DNA of 58,381 nt from a virus. Lineage: Duplodnaviria; Caudoviricetes. A model generated the notes under the pieces. The model was given only the letters and a program-made list of their open reading frames with translations, did no database searches and was not told where the DNA came from. The stretch is taken from IMG/VR virus record IMGVR_UViG_3300025390_000009, positions 1-58,381 of that record. The stretch is one strand, 5' to 3'. Position 1 is the first letter of the stretch, and the number at the start of each line of letters is the position of its first letter. Both the position numbers and the translations under genes were made by a program. Positions 46,818 to 56,200 of this stretch are shown in pieces.

Positions 46818-49627
46818 TATTTATTCCTAAGTATTGTGAGGCGCATTTCGTCTATTGACGGAATTTTAACTGATCCACCGTTTTTGTAAACTGGATTTTT
46901 TGCGCTAATTTCATTTTTGAGTAGCCCGTCACCTCCAAAGCCGCCCCCGCCGCCTCCTGCTCCACTGCCGACTCTAGCAGGGTTACTTCTGAAGGTTGCA
47001 GGGTTTTCAGTTTGAAAAGCATGCTGTCTTAATTGTTCACGATTCATATCAACTTTGGGTTGACGCATTGGGTCTTGCTTATTTAAAAACTCTTGAACGC
47101 GAATTTCTTCATTTGTAGGAGCAACGTATTCAGGTTTAGGTTCTAATGATTCATTATATCTGTCTTGATATGACATGTGATCTCCCCAATGTTCAGGCAC
47201 AGGATTTAATCGTGCGTTGTGAAGATAATCAGCTTGATTTTTTGTGATGCGATTTTCATCTAAACCTTTTTGAATGTCTTCAGGATAAATTGGGTCAGGA
47301 GTTCCACCTTCAGCAAACTTTTGAATGCGTCCACCGTTCTTATGACCTTCTGGCGGTAGCCTACCTTGATCCCGCATGCGTTGTTGCAGTGTGCGTGGCT
47401 CATTAGCTTTACGCTCTGCCTCGTTAGCTCGGCTCTTCTCGAATAACTCATTGCGCATTTGCTCAGGAGTTTTTGCGAATGGCTTTTCTGGGCGCGTCAT
47501 GATGTGTTTGATTTCTTCATCAGAGGCAAACCGCTTTAACTCACCTGAATTCAGAGCTTTAACAATTTTTGGGTCTAAATTCTCAGGACGTATTACGCCA
47601 TTTTTAAGGTCAATGACGCCGATGTTGTCTAAGTCATTAGCGCTATAAACTTTATCTGCTTCTTTATTGAGCCAGTCTTTGATGTAGGTGCGATATTTAT
47701 CGGAGACTGCTTTGTTGCCTTTACCTTTAATCTGCTCGATGTTGAGCATGGGGTTATTCTTGAAGTACTTCTCACCTTCTTGAATCTGTACGCCAGTGTA
47801 ATGATGAAGCCAACCCATAGAGTCTTTTGGGTAACCTGCTTTGACTGTTTCGTCATGAGCCTTTTTATCAATCTGCGCTTTGACGTCATCAGGAATCAAC
47901 GCAGGATTGTACGTCTGCCGACTCGGAGTCGCTTCTACAGTGGCATGTGCCCCGCCTTTCTCATCACGTAGTGAGAAGATGCGGGACTCACCCGATGCCA
48001 CGGAGTCAGTATAACCTCCGACGCAGTGACCCATTTGTTCACCTTCATTTTTGAGAGCCTTGTCTAGCTTATTACGTGCTAAATTTGAGTTATATTTATA
48101 TATAAGATTTTCTGGCGTTTTAGCGTATGGTGAGTGCATTATCTCAGTACCATCTTGGGTTCCAATTCCAAGTAACCCATCTCCAGCGTCAATTACTTTT
48201 AATCCGTGGGGTAATTCTAAAGGAGCATCTGGCATCTTGAGTTCATGAATGTTATATCCGTTACCACTTTCATGTACAATTGGGAAGTCTTTGAGACTAT
48301 CCTTTGCAGCCTTGGACATTTGGTCTGCTCGCCACTTATTGATCTTTGCTACATGCTTGACGGCATGCGGCACGGTCATCTTGTCAAGTGTTTCGGGCTT
48401 CAAGCGTAAATGCTCAGGTAGGTCAGAGTTGTGACTGATTGAATTCTTAAGTTCATCGGTCAAGTGCTCAAACCCGAGGCGACGGGAATTAGTATTCAAT
48501 TCATGCACGATGGCATCAGGATTACGAGCTGCAAGCTCTCCGAGGTCACTGCTATAATTATTTTTACCAGGAGTTATGAATTGCGCGGGAGTATTGTTGA
48601 TTGCTTGATCAGCTCGGTTCTCCCAGTCTTTTGCCTCGGGCGATTTTGCGAATCCTGACTCAGGCATACCCGCCTTTTGTCTTTGCTCTTTGAGCCAGAA
48701 GATCGGTTCAAAATCTTGAGTGCCAATGTCAGGTATGTGGCTGATGCCTTGTTCATGTAGTGCCAGAACTGGATCAGTCGGTGTCCCCATCTCATTACGA
48801 GTGTAGTTCTTAAGTTTTGTGTCTACCCACTTGTTGATTGCAATCTCATTCATGACTTCTTTGACCTGCTCAGGTGAGTAACCGACTTTTTCAAGTTCAG
48901 CAATGTGCTCGGCTACCTTCGCTGGATTGGTGTTGTCACGAATGAAATCAAACTTACTACTTCCGGCGTTTTGAATAGGATATTTTAGGGCGTCAAGACG
49001 ATTGACTGAGTTCTGCGCCCAGTTACCGCCTTTGTTCTTGACGGCAGACATGATCTGCGGATTTACGAGGTCAGCGGGAACTCCTGGGATCAAACTTTGA
49101 CCCGCCATAATACGCTCACCAGCAGCATTGCCGAGCATGCGACCAGCGGGCGCGAGGGCAGGCACGCCCATCGCCGCGATTGAAACAGGCTCGCCAGATT
49201 CATAACCTCGGTTATACGCCATACCCGCAGGAGTAAATAAGGAGTTCGGGTTCTGAGCGGGCAAGCCAGTAGCGGAAGCTGCAAAACCTGTTTGCTCCGG
49301 TAATGGGTTCTTACCCGTTAGCATCTCTGTGAATGCGGCGGGATTTGTCAACAGGCGTTGCGCTTGAGCGGGAAGGTTAGCGAGGTAATTAGCAGCCTCA
49401 TCAAGAGTCGGTAATGAATCCAAAACCGAAGGGCTGGGCGCGGGAGTAGGGTAACTGGTTTGATACTGAGGAGAAGCTACTTGAGTAGCGTATTGCATCT
49501 CATCAACGCTAGGGGCTTGAGTACCCAATCCGCTTTGACCACCTAGCAAGCCAGCCTGCTGCATGGCTGCGAGCTGGGCGCCAGTTATGCCTGTGACGTT
49601 TACTGATGAGGACGGATCATTATCCAT
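46817..49627 (-). CDS. Large protein with PcfJ-like domain
   Basis: LKNEGEQMGHCVGGY...IFSLRD...HATVE...EQIKGKGN. Confidence 0.7.
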   Translation of the reverse strand: MDNDPSSSVNVTGITGAQLAAMQQAGLLGGQSGLGTQAPSVDEMQYATQVASPQYQTSYPTPAPSPSVLDSLPTLDEAANYLANLPAQAQRLLTNPAAFTEMLTGKNPLPEQTGFAASATGLPAQNPNSLFTPAGMAYNRGYESGEPVSIAAMGVPALAPAGRMLGNAAGERIMAGQSLIPGVPADLVNPQIMSAVKNKGGNWAQNSVNRLDALKYPIQNAGSSKFDFIRDNTNPAKVAEHIAELEKVGYSPEQVKEVMNEIAINKWVDTKLKNYTRNEMGTPTDPVLALHEQGISHIPDIGTQDFEPIFWLKEQRQKAGMPESGFAKSPEAKDWENRADQAINNTPAQFITPGKNNYSSDLGELAARNPDAIVHELNTNSRRLGFEHLTDELKNSISHNSDLPEHLRLKPETLDKMTVPHAVKHVAKINKWRADQMSKAAKDSLKDFPIVHESGNGYNIHELKMPDAPLELPHGLKVIDAGDGLLGIGTQDGTEIMHSPYAKTPENLIYKYNSNLARNKLDKALKNEGEQMGHCVGGYTDSVASGESRIFSLRDEKGGAHATVEATPSRQTYNPALIPDDVKAQIDKKAHDETVKAGYPKDSMGWLHHYTGVQIQEGEKYFKNNPMLNIEQIKGKGNKAVSDKYRTYIKDWLNKEADKVYSANDLDNIGVIDLKNGVIRPENLDPKIVKALNSGELKRFASDEEIKHIMTRPEKPFAKTPEQMRNELFEKSRANEAERKANEPRTLQQRMRDQGRLPPEGHKNGGRIQKFAEGGTPDPIYPEDIQKGLDENRITKNQADYLHNARLNPVPEHWGDHMSYQDRYNESLEPKPEYVAPTNEEIRVQEFLNKQDPMRQPKVDMNREQLRQHAFQTENPATFRSNPARVGSGAGGGGGGFGGDGLLKNEISAKNPVYKNGGSVKIPSIDEMRLTILRNK

Positions 49628-49652
49628 GAGATTGACCTAAAGGGATTTCTGC

Positions 49653-49664
49653 AAATTATAGCTC
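49653..49664 (-). promoter_or_regulatory. Promoter motif GAGCTATAATTT
   Basis: Lies between terL and the PcfJ-like gene. Confidence 0.7.
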
Positions 49665-49665
49665 A

Positions 49666-51093
49666 TCAAACGGCATACGGGTTGATTCTGCGCGGTTGGG
49701 TCTCATCAACGTACATATCTGAGTTGTCAGGTACGTAGTCAGTAGTGAGGAAGCCCGCATCCCTCAAGTAGCGCAGAGCCTGCGACGTAGCGTCAACGAG
49801 GTCATCATGCCTTACCTCTGGGAATGCGCAGAGTTGATTGACGAGTGGATCACACCAAGTCCTATGCACCTTCGCCTTTGTTTCACTCTCGGGCAGGTAG
49901 ACCAATCCACGAGCAATGATTGGCGAGACGATGTTGAGTCGCTGAGTCTTGTCGGCATGTCCAGGATTGTAAGCACGGACGGGCAGCCCAGCGCGTTGTA
50001 AGTCTTGAATGAGTGAGATGCCTGCGGACTTGTCCTCGATCAAAACTAGATCCACCTTCTTCCCGTTACCCCACTCGTCGTCATCTCCGTAGATTGAGCC
50101 GTACTCCTCAACGACTCTCGGTCTCAAGTCGGGATACTGCATGTGCTCGGTCCAGCAATCAATGACCATGGCGGACATCGGCTTATCTGGGCTGGGCTTA
50201 AAGATGCCGAGTACTACGCAGGCAGTCGGGTCGTTCGCGGTCTTGTCGCTCGTTGCGCAGTCGTAGCTTTGCACCACGTACTGAAACTGAGGCAATGGGC
50301 GGTCAGCTGGCCAGAGTTTGAACCACTGACGTTTGATGATGCCTGACTCCTCAGGGTCAATCAACTCGGCGTATAGCTCTTGACGCCCAAGGGTTGTTCC
50401 TTCGTATTGGAGGATCTGCTTCTTGAACGTCGGGGCGAGGTTATCGATGTTGTCATACGTAGAGGCTGACACGTAAGCAACGTCATCACCGTCACGCGCG
50501 ACGAGGTCAACGATCAATGGCTTTGGCTTTGGAGTAGTCGTGCAGATCAACTTAGGATGTTGTCCTAGGCGCATACCGAACTGAATCATGTCCCATGACT
50601 CGTCAAGGTAGTCCCATGCTGCTAACTCGTCCAGCCATCCGTGATGAAACTGCGGACCACGGAAGCGTCCAGGCTCACTGGCGGGAATACCTTTGATGAG
50701 CGAGCCGTTGATGAGGGTCAACTCGTTGAGCGATGACTTATAACCGTTGGGCGCGATGATCTCATGCGGTATGACGTTCAGGATTCCCGACTCACCCTCA
50801 AAGCACGTATCCCTAACGTCGGCAGACGTGGGCGCGGAGACGAGGTAACGAATGTTCGGCTGATCCCATGCTGTCCACCAGCACTCCTCAGCTGCGGTTC
50901 GGGTCTTCCCTGCGCCGCGCCCCGCGAGTAGCAACCAGATTGACCACCAATCCCCTGCGGGTTCTATTTGATGGTTACCTGCCACAGCGAGCCACTGCAT
51001 CCGTTTGAGCATCGCTGCTCTGTGCGGTGCGGGCAGGGCATCTAGCGGGTTGGGTTTTGACAACTCCCGCTTTACAATCTCAGCAATGTTCAT
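49666..51093 (-). CDS. terL: Terminase large subunit
   Basis: AGRGAGKT, RGPQFH..WLDE, TTTP, SYDCA, IEDKSAG and HDDLVDA. Confidence 0.95.
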   Translation of the reverse strand: MNIAEIVKRELSKPNPLDALPAPHRAAMLKRMQWLAVAGNHQIEPAGDWWSIWLLLAGRGAGKTRTAAEECWWTAWDQPNIRYLVSAPTSADVRDTCFEGESGILNVIPHEIIAPNGYKSSLNELTLINGSLIKGIPASEPGRFRGPQFHHGWLDELAAWDYLDESWDMIQFGMRLGQHPKLICTTTPKPKPLIVDLVARDGDDVAYVSASTYDNIDNLAPTFKKQILQYEGTTLGRQELYAELIDPEESGIIKRQWFKLWPADRPLPQFQYVVQSYDCATSDKTANDPTACVVLGIFKPSPDKPMSAMVIDCWTEHMQYPDLRPRVVEEYGSIYGDDDEWGNGKKVDLVLIEDKSAGISLIQDLQRAGLPVRAYNPGHADKTQRLNIVSPIIARGLVYLPESETKAKVHRTWCDPLVNQLCAFPEVRHDDLVDATSQALRYLRDAGFLTTDYVPDNSDMYVDETQPRRINPYAV

Positions 51094-51329
51094 CCTATGC
51101 CGTGGAACTTCTCAATCTTACGTACGAACTCCAGAACCTTTACCGCGTTGTAGTCTCCGTCAATCGTTGAGAGCGGTATGCCGAACAGTTCTTGAATATC
51201 AGCAAAGGACATCGGACGCATCGGGTCTCGGGCGCGTTCAGGCTTTACGCAGTGGCAAAACGGAAGCGTCACTCCCGTCATCAAACCTTGAATGGGGATT
51301 AAACCCCCGCAGTTAGTACATGTGCTCAT
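51090..51329 (-). CDS. Small protein (CTNC, CHC; ends KIEKFHGIG)
   Basis: ORF track; ATGA overlaps. Confidence 0.7.
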   Translation of the reverse strand: MSTCTNCGGLIPIQGLMTGVTLPFCHCVKPERARDPMRPMSFADIQELFGIPLSTIDGDYNAVKVLEFVRKIEKFHGIG

Positions 51330-51592
51330 GATATTCCGTGGAACCGCTCAACAGCGCGGATTGCAGCAAAAGTCAATCCCTGATTCGCGGCAATCAATTC
51401 TTCTGCCTCAGTGAACGACATTGGCTTAGTCTTGATTGTCTTTTCTTCTTTCAAATCATGCATGAACGCCAACCCACGCTCAAGCGCGGCGATGTCCTCT
51501 ATCAATTTGTTCTTCGGCATAGTGTTAAATCCGTCAACTGAAGCATTCTGCATCGGGACAAACCCATCTGGGTGATAATTATCATTGCTCAA
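51326..51592 (-). CDS. Small protein (ends RAVERFHGIS)
   Basis: ORF track; C-terminus paralogous to its neighbour. Confidence 0.65.
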   Translation of the reverse strand: MSNDNYHPDGFVPMQNASVDGFNTMPKNKLIEDIAALERGLAFMHDLKEEKTIKTKPMSFTEAEELIAANQGLTFAAIRAVERFHGIS

Positions 51593-51918
51593 TTGTCTGC
51601 CTCTTTCTGTTTAGCCTCGAGGATTTTTGCCATAAGCTCTTTAGCGAATGTACCTGCTTGTTCTACTTGAATTGGGTCTCCGTCAGGACCGCTCATCTCA
51701 ATACTTTGAGTCGGCGTTCCGTCTAGGCGGGAGGCTAGCTCCTTGATTGCAGCCATGTCTCCTTCCTCCGCTAATTTGAACAAAGCCTCAGCAATGCGTT
51801 CTAATTTCTTAGGATCTTGAACTAGCTTCCTCCGCAGGAGCGCTACAAAAGCTCCCCTTTTTACGCCGTTTTCATTGCCCTTCATACTCTCTGCAATCTT
51901 TTGATTTTTCGTAGCCAT
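51589..51918 (-). CDS. Putative terminase small subunit
   Basis: A..GD..AIKEL..RLDG.P.Q..E.SGPDG.PI; upstream of terL. Confidence 0.65.
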   Translation of the reverse strand: MATKNQKIAESMKGNENGVKRGAFVALLRRKLVQDPKKLERIAEALFKLAEEGDMAAIKELASRLDGTPTQSIEMSGPDGDPIQVEQAGTFAKELMAKILEAKQKEADN

Positions 51919-51949
51919 ATACAGTTCCTACCCGATTGATTTCTGAGAA

Positions 51950-52174
51950 TTATCCCTCATTTTTACGTAAAGGCAAAATTCGCTCAATAATGATCTGTTC
52001 ATCCTTCATTTCTACCCGCGCTTTTCCCTCAGCAATGTCACGCAAAACACCAGTCGTCATCACCAGCATTATTACGGACTTCCTGACCTCAAACTGACAC
52101 CATACCGCAAAAGCCGAGGCAGAAATTGCCCAAGCCAGTAGAAACAACTCAGCAATACTCAAACTAATTTCCAT
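51950..52174 (-). CDS. Small membrane protein
   Basis: N-terminal TM; GGAG RBS. Confidence 0.65.
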   Translation of the reverse strand: MEISLSIAELFLLAWAISASAFAVWCQFEVRKSVIMLVMTTGVLRDIAEGKARVEMKDEQIIIERILPLRKNEG

Positions 52175-52197
52175 TATTTAATTCTCCAATTTAAAGT

Positions 52198-52427
52198 ACT
52201 CGCCTGATCTCTAGAACAACAGGCAGGCAGGCGAGTTAGAACCCAACAGATACATGCCTCACCACTGGAACGCATGAATGCGATTCCAGGGGAGTTCCTG
52301 AATGGTAATTGCGCTGTGGTTTTTACTTCAGGTAAGTAAAACCCAAAAGTAGCAACAAAACTATAACCCATTAGGTTTAGAACTCGCCTGAAGCAGTTCA
52401 GGTAAGTGCAGGCAGGTTCAGGCAAGT
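52198..52427. repeat. Cluster of CAGGYRRGT repeats in both orientations (candidate origin or pac region)
   Basis: Copies at 52198 (-), 52228, 52327, 52382 (-), 52397, 52409 and 52417. Confidence 0.7.
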
Positions 52428-52432
52428 TAAGT

Positions 52433-54511
52433 TTAATCATGGTAAGCCCAGTTACCAAGGGTTCTGACCAATCTGGCGTTTCTATGTATACCAAATTCCT
52501 TACATTGTTCAGGAGTCGGCACAATTCTTTCTACCATTCCGCGGTCAATCATGGTTAAAAATATATGTGGAATATTACTCTTGTCTCCCGCCACTTTTGA
52601 GTCTGTTATTTCCCCGTAAGTGCATCGTCCTAGGTCTTGAATCTGAGTGTTGATGAACTTGATTATTCGGCGAGCTGCATCGTCCGCTTTATTCTCAGCA
52701 TTAACTACTTCGCGCTCCTTCTTACTGGAACTGACTAACTCAACTGAATAGTATGGAGATGACTCGTTAATATCCCCATAACGGTTCTTTGATTGCGTGG
52801 TGTGGTGGCGTAATACGGCTCGCACTTCCTGAATCGTCTCGCTGAATCTTTTCTTTTTTGTAGCGAGTATGCGTCCCTCAATATTCTCGTCTTCAAATAT
52901 AAAGGCTGTACCCGTAGCGTTACCGCCCCAAGCCGACGCGCCCCTCGCACTCAATTCCTCTACCGCACTGGTCCTACTCAAAGTCTTTGATGTATGCCCA
53001 CTAATCCAGACTGGCATATAGTTACGGTAAAAGAACTCATTGTTAATTACGCTCATCAGGCGGCTGGCTTCGCTATTGTCGTTTTCATTCTCAAGCACGA
53101 ACGTAGCGGACGCAGTATCAAATACTGTAAGCGGTGGAATCTCCCGTCCGTCAATATTCACCGTAAAGTCTTTTGCGTATTCCGCAGTGAACTTAATTTC
53201 ATCGTCATTCATACGGAAGGCAGGGATAATCTTTATCCAATACTCCCAATCATCGCGCCCCAACTTTGAATAATGTGAACGCATACCGTAACAAATGCGG
53301 TCGGCTTGCGCATGGTCTTCAGTAATGTAAAGAACGCGCCTACGATGTTTTACCGTCAATCCCGTTGGTTCGGTTAGGTGTGCTACTTGTAACGCGAGGG
53401 GGAGCAATAGGGATGATTTACCTTTACCTTCCGCACCCGCAATAAAGGTTACGCCTTCCCCAATAAATCCGTCAATAACCCAGTCAGGTTCAGGCAGGTA
53501 ATCATAACTCAGCGGTACTGGTTTGAACTTCTCAAGAAATTGATCCTTCTTTTTATTTACTCCTAGTTCTTTTACTAGGTTTTCTCCTACCTCGGTTGAT
53601 GAATATTCAGGATTCCTAGACGCATAATGATACAAAGTTCCGAGTGTTATCTCGCCACGAGAGTTAGCATACACGTCATTCCATTGATCCTCAATGTCTG
53701 CGTCACTCGCTACGGAATGCTTTGCACCTGATGAACGCTTAGACCATTCGTAAAATAATCTATAACCATCAGGTATGCGCGCAAGTGAGAAACATATCTG
53801 CAACCATTCATCACGAGGGCAATCTGGGTCAATAAAACGCAATGCGCGTTCAATATCTTCTAATTGCTCAGGTCCAATAATGAGTTGTCCCAGAGAACCT
53901 TTGCGCTCTGCGGATTCATCTGATATATCTTTGTCTATTTTTCTTTTGATGAACGGCTTCAGATCAACAATCTCACCGTCTTTAAACATGTTACCAGTGA
54001 AGGTAAAAAACTTAGCACGGGAGTAATATTCCCATCCTAACTCACCTGAACGATTCTTACCGCGGAAGTATTCACCGTAACCAATGGCATGCACCCCGTT
54101 GCCACTCGGACTCATTTCTACGTATCCTGGTAGGCTTTGCGCTAATGAATCATTCTTGTGCTCTGTAATATTGTCTAGGTCAATCCCTTGCCAGTATCCC
54201 TCACCATCTTTACCGAGCGCAAAACCAAGACCAGTAAAGTTACCTTCACCTAATATCTCTACTGCTTTGTCATAAGTTACTAGGCGTTCTAAATCATCAG
54301 GGGTGTCAAGAGTACCACGGCGGAATGTCCCGTCAGCATAATACGGAACTTTTCTGGACTTGTTGCTGTTACTTTTATCTTTCTCACTGCGCCAGAGTAA
54401 CCATCGCCGAGCATGCCGCATCTTTTCAGGGACGATATCCTTGAAGCCATCATTACTTTTAATTTCCTCAGTATTGTAGTCACCGAGGTTAAATCCAAAT
54501 CTGTTAGCCAT
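52433..54511 (-). CDS. Primase-helicase (AEP primase, PriCT-2, AAA_25 helicase)
   Basis: KVPY, GIDLD, EMSPSGNGVH; RDEWLQI...EWSK; GAEGKGKS; ARGASA. Confidence 0.88.
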   Translation of the reverse strand: MANRFGFNLGDYNTEEIKSNDGFKDIVPEKMRHARRWLLWRSEKDKSNSNKSRKVPYYADGTFRRGTLDTPDDLERLVTYDKAVEILGEGNFTGLGFALGKDGEGYWQGIDLDNITEHKNDSLAQSLPGYVEMSPSGNGVHAIGYGEYFRGKNRSGELGWEYYSRAKFFTFTGNMFKDGEIVDLKPFIKRKIDKDISDESAERKGSLGQLIIGPEQLEDIERALRFIDPDCPRDEWLQICFSLARIPDGYRLFYEWSKRSSGAKHSVASDADIEDQWNDVYANSRGEITLGTLYHYASRNPEYSSTEVGENLVKELGVNKKKDQFLEKFKPVPLSYDYLPEPDWVIDGFIGEGVTFIAGAEGKGKSSLLLPLALQVAHLTEPTGLTVKHRRRVLYITEDHAQADRICYGMRSHYSKLGRDDWEYWIKIIPAFRMNDDEIKFTAEYAKDFTVNIDGREIPPLTVFDTASATFVLENENDNSEASRLMSVINNEFFYRNYMPVWISGHTSKTLSRTSAVEELSARGASAWGGNATGTAFIFEDENIEGRILATKKKRFSETIQEVRAVLRHHTTQSKNRYGDINESSPYYSVELVSSSKKEREVVNAENKADDAARRIIKFINTQIQDLGRCTYGEITDSKVAGDKSNIPHIFLTMIDRGMVERIVPTPEQCKEFGIHRNARLVRTLGNWAYHD

Positions 54512-54552
54512 TAATTGATCCGCTTTTGTTGTTCGTTTAACAATGAGTTCAT
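54511..54552 (-). CDS. Putative 13-aa leader peptide MNSLLNEQQKRIN coupled to the primase gene
   Basis: GAGGA SD upstream; its TAA overlaps the primase ATG (TAATG). Confidence 0.5.
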   Translation of the reverse strand: MNSLLNEQQKRIN

Positions 54553-54646
54553 TTTAGGTTCCTCACCAATAGCCGATTGGTTGCGTGGCCAAGCGGATGA
54601 CTCGTGAAGGAGCTGGCGTATTGATGAGGAAGCTAAAATGAACTCA
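54544..54646 (-). promoter_or_regulatory. Inverted repeat of about 30 bp in the primase 5' leader
   Basis: Arms at 54544-54574 and 54615-54646, with two mismatches and one bulge. Confidence 0.75.
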
Positions 54647-54658
54647 ACCACGCACCTT

Positions 54659-54670
54659 GAATTATAGTTC
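54659..54670 (-). promoter_or_regulatory. Leftward promoter motif GAACTATAATTC
   Basis: Variant of the conserved motif; divergent from the copy at 54729. Confidence 0.6.
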
Positions 54671-54708
54671 ATTTTACACGCCACGGGTTTCCCCTCACAA
54701 AATATCCC

Positions 54709-54744
54709 TTGCCTCCCTGAAGCAATCCGAGCTATAATTTCAAC
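54709..54744 (+). promoter_or_regulatory. Rightward promoter driving DUF932 gene and cassette array
   Basis: TTGCCT-18 nt-TATAAT, within GAGCTATAATTTCAAC. Confidence 0.75.
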
Positions 54745-54781
54745 TGCTTCACCTTATAAACGCTTAAATAAAGGAAATACT

Positions 54782-55528
54782 ATGACATTTGAATTGCCCG
54801 CTGCCGCCGTCTCTCCTTTGCAATCCGAGGGTCTCTCGCAGAAATACCAGATCATTCACACCACCGACGTAGTGGACATCATGACCGAGCATGACTTCAT
54901 CGTTACGCAGGTACATTCGATGAAGCCTAGAGTCCGTGATCCCCGTGTTGTAGAACATTTTATTAGATTGCGGCACAAAGACTTTTCTCACGAAATTAAC
55001 GGCACAATCCCTGAAGTGTTAGTAGTCAATTCTAACGATGGTTCAACTTCATTACGCATGGACGCTGCGCTGTTCCGCTTGATTTGCGGGAATGGTTTAA
55101 TCGTCAAGTCAGCTGATATCTATAGGTCTCGGCTGCGCCATGTGGACGTGACTGAGCAGTCAGTTATTGAGGAGTCAAAGAAGGTTATCAACGCCGCAAT
55201 AGAGGCAGCAAAACGTATTGAAAAGTTTCAAAAGAAAATACTAATGGGTTATGCAGTATATGAGTTTGCATGCGAGGCTAGTGAATTAGCCCTCAAAATT
55301 GTAGGTTCAAATATTAAACCAGGAGACCTATTAGTTTCTAGGCGAGATGAGGATTCAGGCGGTGCACTTTGGAACGTCCTGAACCGAGTTCAAGAGAACC
55401 TAGTCAAAGGCGGAATCACTTATCGCACTCGCAAGGGTCGGCAAATGACTTCACGAGGCATCACTGGAGCCACGCCGTTAATTCAAATGAACGAACGCTT
55501 ATGGTCATTAGCGGAGGACTATCTATGA
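54782..55528 (+). CDS. DUF932/DUF945-family protein
   Basis: H..RLR, PE...VNSNDGS, FRLICGNGL and LWNVLNRVQEN..KGG. Confidence 0.85.
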   Translation: MTFELPAAAVSPLQSEGLSQKYQIIHTTDVVDIMTEHDFIVTQVHSMKPRVRDPRVVEHFIRLRHKDFSHEINGTIPEVLVVNSNDGSTSLRMDAALFRLICGNGLIVKSADIYRSRLRHVDVTEQSVIEESKKVINAAIEAAKRIEKFQKKILMGYAVYEFACEASELALKIVGSNIKPGDLLVSRRDEDSGGALWNVLNRVQENLVKGGITYRTRKGRQMTSRGITGATPLIQMNERLWSLAEDYL

Positions 55529-55809
55529 ACGCAAATGAACTAGCTGATGAGTTGGATAGCATTTCTTATGATTGCTCTCTTGAAGAATGGAGGGCATCGC
55601 CTATAGGTAATGCCGCCACTATGCTACGCCAGCAACAAGCTGAAATAGAGGCGTTGAAAGAACCAAAGATACCCTTACTTGAGCAAGAAATTAAATTCAT
55701 ACTTGGTAATGGTCAATGCTGGCAAGGTGAAGATTGTAGTATGCCGAACCTAATGTACATTATTCGTGCAGTAGAGGTGGCACATGGAATAGGAGTTAAA
55801 CAAAAATGA
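55525..55809 (+). CDS. First cassette protein (MNANELADEL...TMLRQQQAEIEALK...RAVEVAHGIG)
   Basis: Start reassigned to the ATGA overlap with the DUF932 stop. Confidence 0.8.
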   Translation: MNANELADELDSISYDCSLEEWRASPIGNAATMLRQQQAEIEALKEPKIPLLEQEIKFILGNGQCWQGEDCSMPNLMYIIRAVEVAHGIGVKQK

Positions 55810-56012
55810 ACATACAAAGATTAATAGAAACACACAACACCCATGAAGAACCACATGACTGGTCGGAACAAGCTAAAGAGGCGTTGGGGCAATTACAAAA
55901 TGCTTTAGAACAAGAAACCACCATGCTACGTCAGCAACAAGCTGAAATAGAGGACTTAAAATACCAATTAAAAATTACAAGAATGGTTCTTAATAGGGAG
56001 CAAGAAAAATGA
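55806..56012 (+). CDS. Cassette protein, paralogue of 885-1196
   Basis: Near-identical first 49 aa; ends REQEK. Confidence 0.85.
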   Translation: MNIQRLIETHNTHEEPHDWSEQAKEALGQLQNALEQETTMLRQQQAEIEDLKYQLKITRMVLNREQEK

Positions 56013-56200
56013 TTACAGGCTTTATGAATCCTGTTGTTGCTGCGGCTCGCCTGCAAGCAACCCAAGCAAGTGCCTATAGGCTTTTTCAAAAGTTAGATGG
56101 AACAACAGTGTTGCAAGGTGCTTTTCTTTGGACTGAAGGCTCTAATGGTGGGCATGAATGGAAAGATATTCCAACAATTATTGAGGCACAAGAGAAATGA
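56009..56200 (+). CDS. Cassette protein
   Basis: Bounded by repeats; ends EAQEK. Confidence 0.8.
   Translation: MITGFMNPVVAAARLQATQASAYRLFQKLDGTTVLQGAFLWTEGSNGGHEWKDIPTIIEAQEK

Noticed and set aside
52174-52524. 116-aa ORF over the repeat cluster
   Set aside because: It overlaps the primase 3' end, has no clear RBS, and spans a region dominated by DNA-level repeats and hairpins.
18011-54511. Many short + strand ORFs and nested alternative-frame ORFs in the track
   Set aside because: They are antisense or frame shadows of long, motif-supported - strand genes.
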